Below the pieces are notes generated by a model, which saw only the letters and a list, made by a program, of their open reading frames with translations, had not been told where the DNA came from and made no database searches. The position numbers were made by a program, and so were the translations under genes. This document shows, piece after piece, positions 36,821 through 49,751 of a DNA stretch of 64,000 nucleotides. Source of the DNA: Podarcis cretensis. Lineage: Eukaryota. Position 1 is the stretch's first letter; the number at the start of each line of letters is the position of its first letter. The DNA lies in contig OX638149.1 in assembly GCA_951804945.1 (NCBI GenBank), positions 71,486,001 to 71,550,000 on the forward strand, in the 5' to 3' direction.

Positions 36821-38510
36821 GTAAACTATCCTGCTGATAGTTACAAGACTGGATTCATGGATTGACAAAACACACATAAATCTGTGCCCTTTGCTTGTTG
36901 GTGAATGTAGATGACATTTTTTTCTCCTTTGGAACTCTAGTTATGTTCTGCTGGTGCACCACACCTAGTTCTTGCCTCTTTTTGCTGCTCCTGCTAACGC
37001 CCTTTGCACAGCATTGAAGAAGATAATCAGTGAAATTGCTCATAGGAGTTTGATTACTGGCCTTTCTGGGCTCCCTGGGCTTAGAGAAGGGAGAGCTCAC
37101 TTCTGAGTATCACAAAAGCCCTGTTTAGGTTTTCTGTTACCAAGTAGAGCAGGGGTGGCTAACCCACAGCTCAGGGGGTGTTATCTGGCTACTCAATCTC
37201 TCTCTCTTTCTCTCTTTCTCTCCCTCTCTCCACCCTAATACCCAATGAGTTTAGCAATGGCACCATTGAGAAAAACGATCAAGCGGACATAGCATTGGGT
37301 TGGGCACAGCCTTGCACTCTAATGGAGATGCAAATTGCCACGCTCCAACACATCAAATGGATAATTTTGTGAGCAGAGGGCTATAACTTATGGCCTTGGA
37401 GTGCTGCATAACAACTTCCTAGGAGGAAGGGCATGGTAGGCCTTGGAAAAGAAGGGCTGCCATGACAGAGAAGGGGAAGCGAATGGCCTCCAGCTACCCT
37501 GCACCCTGCTGTGGCTGCTCCCACTACCACTGCTGATGTCTGGGCAATGAGTGGCAGGCAGGGATGGGTGGCTAGAGGGATAGAGCTCTTTGCTCCCTTC
37601 TCCCTGGTGCTATTACCACTGGCCAGACAAGTAACAACAGAAAGCGGGGAGGTGGCAGAGAGGAGGGAGCAGTTTCACAGTATGTGTTTTGGGGGAGGGA
37701 TGGTGGAGAGGAAAGCCAGGGTTCCTTCTCCTTCTTCAGATCAGATTTTAATTTGAGCCGGAGTAGAGTTTAGGCCTTTTAAAGCTTGCCTCTCCTTTGA
37801 GGTGAGCTTTTGCAAGCTCCCAAAGACATTCTCTGAGCCTGGCTTGAGGGAGCTTTGCAACCATCTCTTGTTAAGTTTTGTATAGTTCTGATAGCAGTCA
37901 AGAACAAGAGATGTCAGTCTTTGGGGAGATTTTTCTGCTTACCTCAAAGTCTCCAACTTAAAGAAATAGCTCTCAGCCTAACCTACCAAACAAGCTTGTG
38001 AGGATAAAATGGGATGGAGGGAACTATGTATGCTGACATGAAGTCCTTGGAGGAAAAGTGGGATATGAATGAAATAAATGGAAAGGGAGGCTCCAGCTTG
38101 AAATAGCTGAATTGGAATTCATTGCTTAATTTGAATATATTCCATTCAGACTTAATTGGATCGGTGTGTTTCTTTCCTCCTACAGCATAAGCTACTGCAT
38201 AATCCACATGCTAGCTGACCACTGTAAGTGGAGTACTCTATCTTACAACTGTGAGGCAAAAGAAGCCAACCAATTTCACAATAGAATATCTGGTTCTCTG
38301 TTGCTTCTTGTGTTATGTAATCATTTACACATGGATAGAATGAGTACAAATCCTTTGGTTAGTCACAAAGCCTCACCAAGACTATGAGATAAAACCACAA
38401 GATTTATCTGTCTGGAAGATATCTCAAAACATGTCAAAATATTAATCGAAAGGAATCTTAACACCTGCTTTTTGGCAGCACAATAACATATGTGGTAATC
38501 TTTGTTACAG

Positions 38511-38580
38511 TGAAACATTCTCTTTTATGCTGACGGGAGAAGATGGCAGCAGAAGGTTTGGTTACTGCAGAAGATTACTA
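38511..38580 (+). CDS. DENND2B: DENND2B exon (70 nt): ETFSFMLTGEDGSRRFGYCRRLL
   Basis: Acceptor tttgttacag| and donor |gtaagt. Contains the uDENN F-x-F-x-LT-x-x-DG-x-R-x-x-GYC motif. Confidence 0.96.
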
Positions 38581-39037
38581 GTAAGTACATCAACTTTTTT
38601 CAACGTACACTATGCTAAGAATGTGAAATATTATGAGAGCTGAATGTGTCACTTTTGGGGCTGCGGACAAATGCAAGAAGAAAATTAATCTCTTGTGGTC
38701 TTAAGGGAAATACAGCTTTTTCTACAGAAAATCAAATCAAATCCATATTCATATTCCAGGGAATCTAGGAGTTACTGTATTTTACATGTTTCAGTGTTTA
38801 TGGCAGGGAATTCCATTTTTTAAAACCAAGCCCACTCTCAATTGTTTATTCTACTTGGAAAATTCATACCTACCTACTCCCAAATTGGGCATTTCCAGAG
38901 AAGAGCTTACTAGAAGTAAAACAGGATGTATCTGATAGAAATGTTACCTATTATGAAGAGGATACAGAGCTACTGGCACTCATGACAGTTGATTCTTTCC
39001 CCATGGTGATCCCATGAGTACATTTGGACTAGAAGTA

Positions 39038-39401
39038 AAGGTAAAGGTAAAGGTACCCCTGCCCGTATGGGCCAGTCTTGACAGACTCTGGGGTTGTGCG
39101 CCCATCTCACTTAAGAGGCCAGGGGCCAGCGCTGTCCGGAGACACTTCCGGGTCACGTGGCCAGCGTGACATCGCTGCTCTGGCGAGCCAGAGCCGCACA
39201 CAGAAACGCCGTTTACCTTCCCGCTGGTAAGCGGTCCCTATTTATCAACTTGCACCCGGAGGTGCTTTCGAACTGCTAGGTTGGCAGGCGCTGGGACCGA
39301 GCAGCGGGAGCGCACCCCGCCGCAGGGATTCGAACCGCCGACCTTTCGATCGGCAAGTCTTAGGCGCTGAGGCTTTAACCCACAGCGCCACCTGCGTCCC
39401 G
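39038..39401 (-). mobile_element. Full-length young Sauria SINE with 14-bp TSD
   Basis: TSD TTGGACTAGAAGTA at 39024-39037 and 39402-39415. Minus strand starts GGGACGCAGGTGGCGCTGTGG (A box), has GGTTCGAATCC (B box) and ends in an (ACCTTT)3 tail. Confidence 0.93.
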
Positions 39402-40888
39402 TTGGACTAGAAGTAGTAGCTAGTATTAGCGGCATAGTGCATACTGGACTACAGATGCCTAGCACACCAGCAAACTAATGTACAGGTCACTAGAACTGCT
39501 AAAGGGTTTATGCACACTTACCTATTGCCTCACTCTTTCCAGGCACAGGTCCGCACTTAAATGTTCCCTGTCCAAGTGTTTTTTTGTTTTTGTTTTGCCC
39601 CATAGCTTTCCCTGGAAAAAACTGCTTTTTAATGCTCAGTTGCAGCAAATGTCATTTCAATGTCAATTAAGGGTTTCTGTGGATTGCTGTTTGTTCCAAT
39701 TGAAGTTTAAAGAGCAGATTTTTCTGGGGGAAGCTCTGGAGAGAGAGAAAAGGGCACATAGAAACAGAGATTTAAAGCACAGGCTGTCCCTGGAAGGAGC
39801 GGAGGAAAGCTAAGTGTGGATAAGCCCAAAGCTAACATTGGGGAACTTCTTTTTCTACCTACATTTTATTGCTTCCTATCCCACTTAATGAGAATGTGTT
39901 GTAGTACCAAACAGAGGCCAGTAAGCTGCATTTTCTCATGCTCTGCCCATCTTCCCTTGTGTAGACATTACGTTATTGGGAAACTGGGTCGAGGTCATTC
40001 TTTGATTTCCACTCAGGGCCAATTTAGATGTGGTGGTAGATGATCTATGTGCTTAAACACAGGTCTGCTCACAGACACACAGAAATGGGTTGTGCAGGCT
40101 CTAGTTTTAACAGCAAGAAGATGCATACAGGAAAGGAGTGCTGAACACCCCTGTCCCTGGTTGTCACTTACCTTTCTGCATCCCATCTCCCAACCACCTT
40201 TCTAGCAGTTAAGGATGCTTCTACTATTAGAGTTTCACTAGGGAGTAAAACACATGTGGGAATAAGATGTAGGGTGGTAATATTGAAGCAAGGGAAGATA
40301 CAGTACCCCTCATCTGTAGTCTCCTTTTGCACTCACTCCCCTCTTTGATGATCGGAGCAGATCCATGATTAGGCACCTAGTATTTCTGCTATCATGTCTC
40401 CTCAGGCTATTGCTAGCAGTAGTAATATTATCCTACAGCAGTCTCTGGCATGTACAGTATAGGGAGGCAATCCATGCATGAGAATATGTTCCTGAATGTG
40501 GATTACACCTTGCTGAATTGAGGATGATCAAATGCAACCATTCATATAATGAAAGCCTCTGCCCACTTTATGTTTTCTCCACGAGATTGATGCTCATGAC
40601 AGAAACAGCATGTATTTTTGAAATAGTTTAATAGATGTGGCAAGTTGTCTTACTTGGGGAGTTTTTTAATTGCAGGGACACGAATCAGGGAGCCAATATG
40701 GCAATTCCCCTATCTGTGAGACAATGATAGTAAATAATCAACAGTAACAGAATATTAGGAATAACAGGAGGCATGTGACCAGAAATAGGAAAAATATGAT
40801 ATATGACAACCAAAGGTCAACATCATCGTTGACCGCTTACACTGTGCTGACACTGCAACACTGACCTTGGCTTTGGTTCAAACAAGTA

Positions 40889-41420
40889 CAGTGGTACCTT
40901 GGTTCTCAAATGCATTGGTACACAAAAAACTTGGAACCCAAACACTGCAAACCCGGAAGTAAGTGCTCTGGTTTGCTTTGCAACTTTTTTCGGAAGCCGA
41001 ATGAGCTCTGTTTTGAGTGTTTATTTATTGATTTGAGTGCCACACTTCTGATTTGAGTGCTACACTTCTGTTTTGAGTGTTACACTGAGGTCTGTCTGTT
41101 TTTGCTATTTATTTTGCGTTTTTGTTTCTGCGGCTTTTTCTTTTTGTTTTTGTGACTGTGTGGAACCCAGTTCAGCTACTGTTTGATTGATTGTGTGACT
41201 CCAGTACACTGTTTATTGCTTTCATTTTATGGATCAATGGTCTCGTTGGATAGTAAAATTAATGTTAAATTGCTGTTTTAGGGGTTGTTTTTAAAAGTCT
41301 GGAATGGATTAATCCATTTTTGCATTACTTTCTATGGGAAAGTGCGCCTTGGTTTTGGAACGCTTTGGTTTTGAAACAGACTTCCGGAATGGATTAAGTT
41401 TGAGAGCCAAGGTACCACTG
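40889..41420. mobile_element. Tc1/mariner (Tigger/pogo-like) non-autonomous element
   Basis: TA|CAGTGGTACCTTGGTTCTCAAA...TTTGAGAGCCAAGGTACCACTG|TA (21 of 22 TIR positions match). Internal ~20-bp tandem tttgagtg..acacttctg. Confidence 0.9.
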
Positions 41421-42713
41421 TAATTTGTAAGGGAGCAGCACATTAATATGGAACCTTGTTTTGGAAAAGCAGATACTCCCACTTCTGAAGGGACTACCTG
41501 CTGTTAGATTTTTCTTTTCTTTTTTAGAAAGCTTAACTTTTCAGCAGCAGGTGCTGCTAATGGCCTGGGTTGGATGGTGGAGAGGAAGATACCAAAGAAT
41601 ATTCCTGGCAGGATAGCTGGTACTTCTGTTTGATTGCGGATGGAAAAGGGTTGGGTGTGCAAAACTGCAGACCTTGTAAATCATCTGCATAGCACATGCA
41701 ACACAACCCTGACTTACAGAACACAGACTTTACTGTTCAGAAAAACCTATTCAAAAGCTGTAATCTAAAGTAATGTTGATAGTGTGGGACAGGATCTCCT
41801 GGCACTGTCAGATGCTGCTTCCAGTCCAGTTTTGGCTTAAATGTTTTGATTGTTTCATTTTCAAAACAATAAAGTTGGACAAGTACAGTTGTCAGGCTTC
41901 CACGACTATTAATATGTACAGTATGTTCATATTACATTGCTACATCCACAGTTTCTTTCACTTGAATAAGCATTATATTATAAGTGCATTTTGATCACTG
42001 GCATTAATGTCTTCCATAAACTGAAGTTTGAATTCTAGATGTCACCCTTTGGGATTATTAGAAATTACATTCAAATGCCCTTATATGTGGCTAAATCTGA
42101 AACTCTTTTATCAGAATTCCTATGTTGATATTCAAAAGAAGTGGGAAATAATTCACTGATGCTTGAAAATTGAAAACAGTGGCAAACACCACCTAAGAGC
42201 TATTCCTAAGTGTTTTGAGGCCCAAATAAGCCTTTTGTTCTCTTTTCAGAGTTCTGTATTATAGATGTGTATGCTAGGCTGACAACCTTTAGTCTTCTTG
42301 AATACTTGGGGAGATTTGTTTTTTAAGACTGCCTTCAGACTCACAAATCTGCAGTGAGGTTGCAGTTCACAGGGACATGAAACTGGCTTTGATGATAGGT
42401 AATTTCTGATCTTTACAATTTTGCCTAACAGCCCTTAGCACTGAGACAACCTGCTCCTGGGGCATTTAGTCAATGGTGGACCTTGGGGCCTCAAATTTCA
42501 GCGATGCCCTGTGTAACACCAAAAAATCGGAACTTTCCTCACTTCGCATCTTCCATTCTACATCATAGCTGCAGTGCCCCCGAGGCTCTGCGCTGAGTGC
42601 AACCAAGCCAGTGGTGCTCCCCTAAATCCACCTCTGATTTACCCATTCATATAGACCAAAGTTGGACAACCTGTGGCCCTCCCGGTATTGCTTGATTCCA
42701 TCTTCAACTAATC

Positions 42714-42714
<1 letters not shown>

Positions 42715-42753
<39 letters not shown>
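42715..42753. repeat. (AC)n microsatellite
   Basis: Tandem units read directly. Confidence 0.95.
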
Positions 42754-42755
<2 letters not shown>

Positions 42756-45133
42756 CTAATGGAAAATAAACAGGAATCTTTAACATTCGAGCTATTACTT
42801 AAAATTGCACGCTACAGTATATTAGAAAACAATTTCAAAATTCAATGATTTTTATTTCAAACGTGAATACTACCACAAATGTAAAAAGCTTTGTACTAAC
42901 ACTGGGGCTTTTTTTTTCATAATTAGAGGTTTGAAGGAAATTGAAAGGTTATGCATGCGCACACCAGTGAAAGAGTTAAGAAGAGTTCCAGCCACTTAAA
43001 AACTTTCCACCTCTGAGGGGCTCCATTTTTATTGCTGCGATCTGTTAGCACAAAGGAAGTCGCTGCGGCTGGTAAAAAGAAAAGGGAAATCTGAAATAAA
43101 GGACATGAAGCAAGAGAGGTTTGGAAAGTGAAGATGCTCAATGGTTTTTTTTTAAAACTTGGTGACACTGTAGCCTTTAAGGGTTATTTAAAAAGCAGCA
43201 AAAAACCCCAGGAGTAATATTTCACAAGGCCGGAGCTTTTGACTAAACTGTGAGCCGTTATTGTTCCTGCTATTATATATGACCCAGGAATGCAGTGTTT
43301 TTACTGGCAGCCAGCAAGACAGCTTTTAGCTGGTAGCTGTCCAGGATGCCTGGCATGGCTACAGCATTCCTGCAGATTTGACACAATGATTTTAACCCAA
43401 ATCCCACATGCTAGATATAATCACTTGATGCTTTTAGAAGGCGTTTTTATACCTAATATGGACAAAGAAGGATTCTGCCTTTTCAGAAATGTGACGTCTG
43501 CTGAGCAGCAGGTTTTGATCCAGAAATAGACTCATCTGTGTTAACTTAACTTCACTGCATCTTCACGATTTTAACTGCAGAAGCACACGCACCTGCTGAC
43601 CAGCCCAGTCATTCTCTGATTAGAACATTAATCTGCAGTTTCCTGTGACTTGTACACAAACAGCTCAACAGCAAAGCGTTAACTGCAGAAAATATTTTGA
43701 AAGCCTCATAAAAATAGGGTTAACAACCAGGATTTTTAAATGTTGCCATCTCCTTTGGTTCGATAGGAAATGGAAGGAGCTAGCGTACCTTAGGTACACA
43801 GAACTGGCAGTGCTGTTTTGTCCTTAATATGGAGCATGTGCTCACACCATCAGCACAACTGCAAATTAACTGCCTTTTAACACTCATAATGAAGGAATGT
43901 CTACATGATTATGGAGGACACTGTCAAACCACCTAGGTCATGGCTAGTTTCCTGATTGCTTTCTATTTGCAAGGCACCCGATGGATGTAGTAAGCAAACT
44001 CATGTGGGAAGATTTGTGGTGGCCAAGGCCAGTCCTACTATTTGACAGAGTGAGGTGTAACCACCTCAGGCCCTAGGTACTGACAGCACTTTCTTCAACC
44101 ATGAAGTTGTTACAGTAAGTGCCACACTTAAAATTTTTTAAAAAAAAATTAAAAGTTTTCTTGGTTTACAACAGTTACGTGCATTGTCTCTTTTTTTCAG
44201 ATTGTGAAGTCCTTTCTACAAATCAGTTACATTTGATATGGGACATTAGTATTGTATACAGCATAGGGTTGGGGAAGAAAGGGGGGGAGAGGTGTGATGA
44301 AACTTATGTTCCTTTATATAGTGTGCATGTGGGTTGTTTTTTTTGTCAGCATGAACTGGGTAGGTTCTCTTTCTATTCACTTATTACATTTCCTTTGTAG
44401 TGAGAGGGATTGGGGGCGGGCAGAGTGTGAAGTGCCACACTTTTTAACAACAACAAAAAGATGTGCCGGTACTGCGTACCCTTGAGTACTCCCTGGAAAA
44501 AGGCACTGGGTACTGGAATGGGAGCAGCAGCAACATTGCTTGATTGTCTGTATACTGACGCCTGCTCCAGCCAATCATTCATCTTTGTTGCCACATAGCC
44601 TTACCTTGGCCCCATAATCTAGTCTGAGGCCTTGGGTGCTGTGGAAAACACTATCCTGTTGACAGGATTCAACTGCCAGTCAACTTGGCTTCAGTACATG
44701 GAATACGGTACCATCTTGTCCTTCATCTCAGGCAGCAAAATGTATTGGGCTGGCCCTAGTGGTCACAGTCTCAATGGTCCTCACCCCCAACTTTTCTCAT
44801 AAGTGATCTTGGTGGCTTCAGTTCATATACGATAGAAAAACGACACCAATGGCAGAAATTCTAAATGTGCTGGAGGTTTCTTTAAAATAAAACAAAACTT
44901 TGATTTGGTATGATGATGGGGAAGTGTGTCCATTGCACAGCAGTTTCCAGAATGGATAAATGTATCTTGAGGTTCCAGCCTTCGGGAAAATAAGGTGATT
45001 TCCTAACAGTTTGACCACTTTGGTGGTGAAAGGAAAGATTCATGTTTAGAATAGTGGCCAATGGTACAATCATATCAGTGGCTTAAAATGCAATTAAACC
45101 TGCTTTCTTTCTTTCTTTTACTATTGTTGTCAG

Positions 45134-45211
45134 CCAAGTGGAAAAGGTCCACGCTTACCTGAAGTATATTGTGTGATCAGCCGCCTGGGTTGCTTTGACT
45201 TATTTTCCAAG
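45134..45211 (+). CDS. DENND2B: DENND2B exon (78 nt): PSGKGPRLPEVYCVISRLGCFDLFSK
   Basis: Acceptor ttgttgtcag| and donor AAG|gtaagc; phase 0-0. Confidence 0.95.
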
Positions 45212-46569
45212 GTAAGCTGGAGGTTTTTTTAAGCACTGCTGTTGCATTAGCTGCTCACAGAAAACTTTCACACTTAATGAGTCAAGAAGAGGAATTTTTT
45301 GTTTGATTGGTGATAACAGTATTTTAGAATTACTGTGCTGGACAGTTCATCTGTTATTGACTTTATTAAAGAATGCTTTATTACTTCTGTGCCTGAAGTG
45401 CATCTCAATTTGAAAAACATCTGTGTCTGTCGGTATTGGCACTCTCCCTCTCAGTCCATTGTATTCTAAAGCCACTTTTGGCCAAGCTGTAATTCTTGGC
45501 ACACTTATCTGAAATGATGAGCCAGTATAACACTAACCCAGTATCTGTTTATTGCCAAATACAGGGAATACCTCCAGAACCTCTTTTTTTTTAAAAAAAA
45601 AAATGTGGTTGGATGTGCATCCAATGGATATCTAATCCTCATGGCCCACATGCCCCTGTATTCAGTCTGCATTAATCCCCCTGCACACCCAAAATACTGA
45701 TGCCAGGCTTGATAATCTCCCAGTTCATATTATACCTCCTTTCCGCTTCCCATCCCCAACGCCTGTTTCACCAAAAGTTGCTTAAACTTGGAAGTTCAGG
45801 ATGCATATGCACCTGTAGATAAAAGATAACTTCATATCAAGATCATTGCATGGGTGAATTCTGTTAGGCTATGCTGTTTTCTGTCATCAAAGAAAGTTTA
45901 AAATGTGTTAATGGGAGTTATCTAAATAGCAGTGTCAAAGGCATGCAGAAGGCATTGCATTCATGCCCTGGTATCTCCAATAAAATAATCTCAGGAAGCA
46001 AGGCTAAAAAAGACTTATGCTGCAGAGCAGCTGCCAGTAGGACAGTAGACAGTAGTGGTCTGACTACTGCAGCATTATACATCAACATCAAATTGCCTCA
46101 GAAATGGATAAGTTTTGCAAAAAAAGCTTCCCGTTTGCAGTTCAGCTATTAATGGAAACTGTAAATGACTTACCTGAGCTATTTAAATGCCAGAAGGTAA
46201 AGCCGGAACTTTTTGATAGAAGCCCAGCAAACTGGTTCTTCATTTATATTATCACAAGCATCATTCTCCTTTCTATAAGGATTCTCAGATATACAAAGCT
46301 TTCAAACTTTGATGATGGTTACTCAAAGGGAATTTGAACTCTCTTGTGCTGTTACTGTCTGCTCCTGAAAGACTATGGCTTAATGTGAATGTGCAAAGTG
46401 CTGGAGAGAAATTTGTGACTGCTTTTCTCCTCCTCTGGCCCTGCATTTTCACACTGTTTTGTTTTTTTTTTTTTTTTGCCATGGTTCTGCTCAGTGTTGC
46501 ACCTGAACCTGGGCACATGGTTTATTTCTGCCAGACAATGAACAATGCACTTCCCTTCCACGAATTCCC

Positions 46570-47983
46570 CTATTTTCAAACAACAAACATGAAAAAAGAA
46601 AAGAAAGAAATAATATATAATTTTACAGCCTTTGGATTCCAAATCTCCCCCCCCCCCATTCCCCGGTTCCAATCCCCAAAGTTCATCCATTGTCTACTGC
46701 CAGCCTGGTGTATCCACGTCTATATCTCAACTCCACTTTGCCGTCTTTTGATAGCTTTTAATTTCAGAAAGTCCAATCTCGAAAAAACTCTCAGAAAAAG
46801 TCATTGTTCTTCCATCCAGACCTCTATGTTTAAGAGTCTAACTTAAATTCTATTTCTTGGTCCTTTTAAAGTCTGGATGTTCCAAATACTCCGGCTTCAA
46901 ATTTGGTCCAGCTCTTATTCCTCAGGTTGCTTTTTCCTGTTCTGCTGCAGAAACCTTCTAATTCAGAAACTTCTTGTTCTCCACAGAGGCTTTTGTTATT
47001 CAGGAACATAACTTGCGTCAAGTCCCTTCCTTTCTTCAATAGATAAATCCATTGTCTCCTTTAGTATAGAAACCTCTGTAGACAAAATAATGCTTCGTTT
47101 TTGCAGCTTTCCCAAGAGATAACAGATCCTGCTCAAATTCATAGTATTTTTCCACTTGCTGCTACTGTTGCAATGTCCCAGCCTCCCTCTAGAGGGAATA
47201 TGGTAACTTAATTTCTTTCAAAATCAGACCCAAAAGTCAAATAACTTGTTGCCTTTATTTCCAATAATTTATGTCCAAATTGTAACAAATCTAACCAGCA
47301 AAGCCATCGTAACAAAGTTCTCTTTTATTTTCCTGCTTTGACAGCTACTTTGACAGCTGTCAAAGTTTCTGTGTCTCTTCACCAGTCTCTCATAGTGGAT
47401 CGTTCCCGGTTCCCGGGGGGGTTGCATTTTAGTTCCCACAAATCAGTCTTCTCCTCCAGCACAATTATTGTAATTTCCCTTCGTGAAGTTAAAATTTTTT
47501 TTCAGGTAAACAAGTTCATCTCTCGATCTTAGTTGTCAAATCCTTGCGTTGAGCCATCTACAACAGGGGGGGGGGGCGAACTTCCTTTTTGCACTCCCCC
47601 CGCTCGCTCCAAATTCAAAGATCAAATTTCCCTTTTAAGTCCAATCAATTTACTCACGGGTTGTTCCTTTTAGTCCAAATCCGAAATTTTCAAAGAAGAA
47701 GTCGTTGCTCTTCGCCGAATGGCATGTGGCTTCGCTGGGCAGGGGAAGCATTGGACTCACAGCACCACACCCCCCCCGTCACCCGCTCCGCAGCCTTTAA
47801 AAAGGCTCCTTCGCGGGTCGGGGGGGCGCAAACGGTGCCCGCCGAGTCACCAAGTCCATGGGCATCTCCGCCCATGGGTTTTGAGGGTCCCCGCGTCGCC
47901 GGCACGGCAGGACCCAACCCCTACCCAGCCGACTCCCTCCGGAGCTCGGAGGGAGTCCGCCATTCGGCGATGGCGCCGACCCG
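46570..47983 (-). mobile_element. L1-like non-autonomous retroelement (CpG-rich 5' UTR plus degenerate ORF1-like sequence; no ORF2 seen)
   Basis: Minus strand starts ...ttccgggtcggcgccatcgccgaatggcgg, then has an A-rich body with a coiled-coil-like peptide (LGKLQKRSIILSTEVSILKETMDLSIEERK) and a 3' G tract. GAATTCCC occurs at both ends. Confidence 0.6.
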
Positions 47984-48411
47984 GAATTCCCTGTCTCCCC
48001 ACATTACTTGGTCCAGCTGTGCTGATTAGCTACAGTCCCTCTGTTTGACCATTATCTGTGTGGTGCTGCAAAGCAGCCAAGGTCCTGTAATTCCAGGTTA
48101 TCTTTCAAGCATTGGTGTCATTGAGAGATTCCTTGTTTAGATGGAATGTTAGTGACAGTCCTTCTCAAAGAAGTACGTTTAGATCGAGTCGATACTCAAC
48201 TGGAAGGCTTCAGTCCGAGAAATGATATTTCTGGAAAAAGAAAGTTGGATATTGCTTGTTTGTTTTGTGTTTTTTTTTAAATAAATGGACAAAACACAAA
48301 ATTTCTGATTTACTGGCACTTTGGTTGAGTAGAGTCAATATAGCATACATGTGTAAGTTGTCATTAAGGCACAGCTTCTCTTTTATTCTGCATTTGACTG
48401 TGATGGATCAG

Positions 48412-48552
48412 ATACTGGATGAAGTTGAAAGGAGAAGAGGAATATCTGCTGCCCTGGTTTATCCATTTATGAGAAGTCTCATGGAGTCTCCTTTTCCTGC
48501 ACCTGGAAAGACAATCAAAGTCAAGACTTTCCTGCCTGGAGCTGGAAATGAG
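48412..48552 (+). CDS. DENND2B: DENND2B exon (141 nt): ILDEVERRRGISAALVYPFMRSLMESPFPAPGKTIKVKTFLPGAGNE
   Basis: Acceptor ggatcag| and donor GAG|gtaaaa. Lies inside ORF 48256. Confidence 0.95.
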
Positions 48553-49602
48553 GTAAAAAGAAACCTTAAACTTTCAAGTAAAACCCTAACACACATATTC
48601 TCTCTCTCTCTCTCTCTGAAACAGTAAAATAGTGAGAAAGAAAGTAGAACACAGAGAGCTATCACAGCTCTGGAAGTTACATGTATTGTGGATTTATTTT
48701 TTAAAATAAGTTTCTTTTGGGAAGCTGCTTCATTAGGCAATTTACTTTGGTGTGTGTATATGTGTAACTGCTTCAGGAATCTAATTTATATTTGTTTAAC
48801 AGATTCTATGCTATAGGGCGTCTTGGTTTTATCTATGAAAATTATGACATCAGCAGGCTTTATCACAAGGTCAGCAAGCTAGCCATCAGAGTAGTCTCAA
48901 GGTGTTTTCGCTTGTTGACTAATCCCTAGTGGTTAAGTCAGGAAGCTACAAGTCACCACAGGCAAGGATTGAAAATTATAACCAACATGTTGCAACAGTT
49001 TAGTACCGTATATAAGTATGTCACAATTTTGTCTATATTTGGTCATTAAAAGGCTACATAGTTCAGCCTACAAATTAGTGTCATTGCACTTTTGTCATAG
49101 TCATGAAGCTAGCCAAGCAAGAAATAATTCCTGCATTCATAACATACTGTATGTGAGCTAATTCTTTTTACGTTGTAGTGTATGAATGATGGAATGGTGT
49201 CAGTTTCACTCTGTGTACTTGGCTTTTTGTGCTTTTATATTGTAAACCACCCTGTGATCTTTGGATGAAGGACAGTACAGGGATCTAATAAGTAATAAAA
49301 TAAATTTTAATAAATTATAGTAAACCAATACCAACATCAGCTTCATGTCAAGCACACATTAGGCAAAATACGCACTTTCTCCTTCTCTGCATATTGCGGA
49401 AAGTAACATTTCCTGGGAAAAATACCATAAAAGGTGACATGAATTCTCAAGGCTACCAAACCGGGCAGACAATCCAAGAAATGTTTTGTTACTTTCAAAT
49501 TCCACATAATAATTAACCAAAGTCAGGATGCAAGATTGGCATAATGTCCATATTATAATCAAGCCAGTTAGAACATGACTTGTGTTTGTGGAATGCATTC
49601 AG

Positions 49603-49751
49603 GTGATAGAACTCCGAAGGCCAATGGACTCTCGCCTGGAACATGTGGACTTTGAGTGTCTTTTCAAGTGTCTGAGTATACGACAAATCATCAGAATCTT
49701 TGCCTCCCTCCTGTTGGAACGTCGAGTGATCTTCATAGCAGATAAACTCAG
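49603..49751 (+). CDS. DENND2B: DENND2B exon (149 nt): VIELRRPMDSRLEHVDFECLF...LLLERRVIFIADKL(S) (cDENN)
   Basis: Acceptor gcattcag| and donor AG|gtaagt; phase 0 to 2. Confidence 0.95.

Noticed and set aside
39330-39400. tRNA gene (A and B boxes)
   Set aside because: This is the tRNA-derived head of a Sauria SINE, continuous with the SINE body and enclosed by its TSD.
47589-48048. GC-rich ORFs suggesting a nested gene or host CpG-island promoter
   Set aside because: They are better explained as stop-poor frames in the 5' UTR of the antisense L1-like element.
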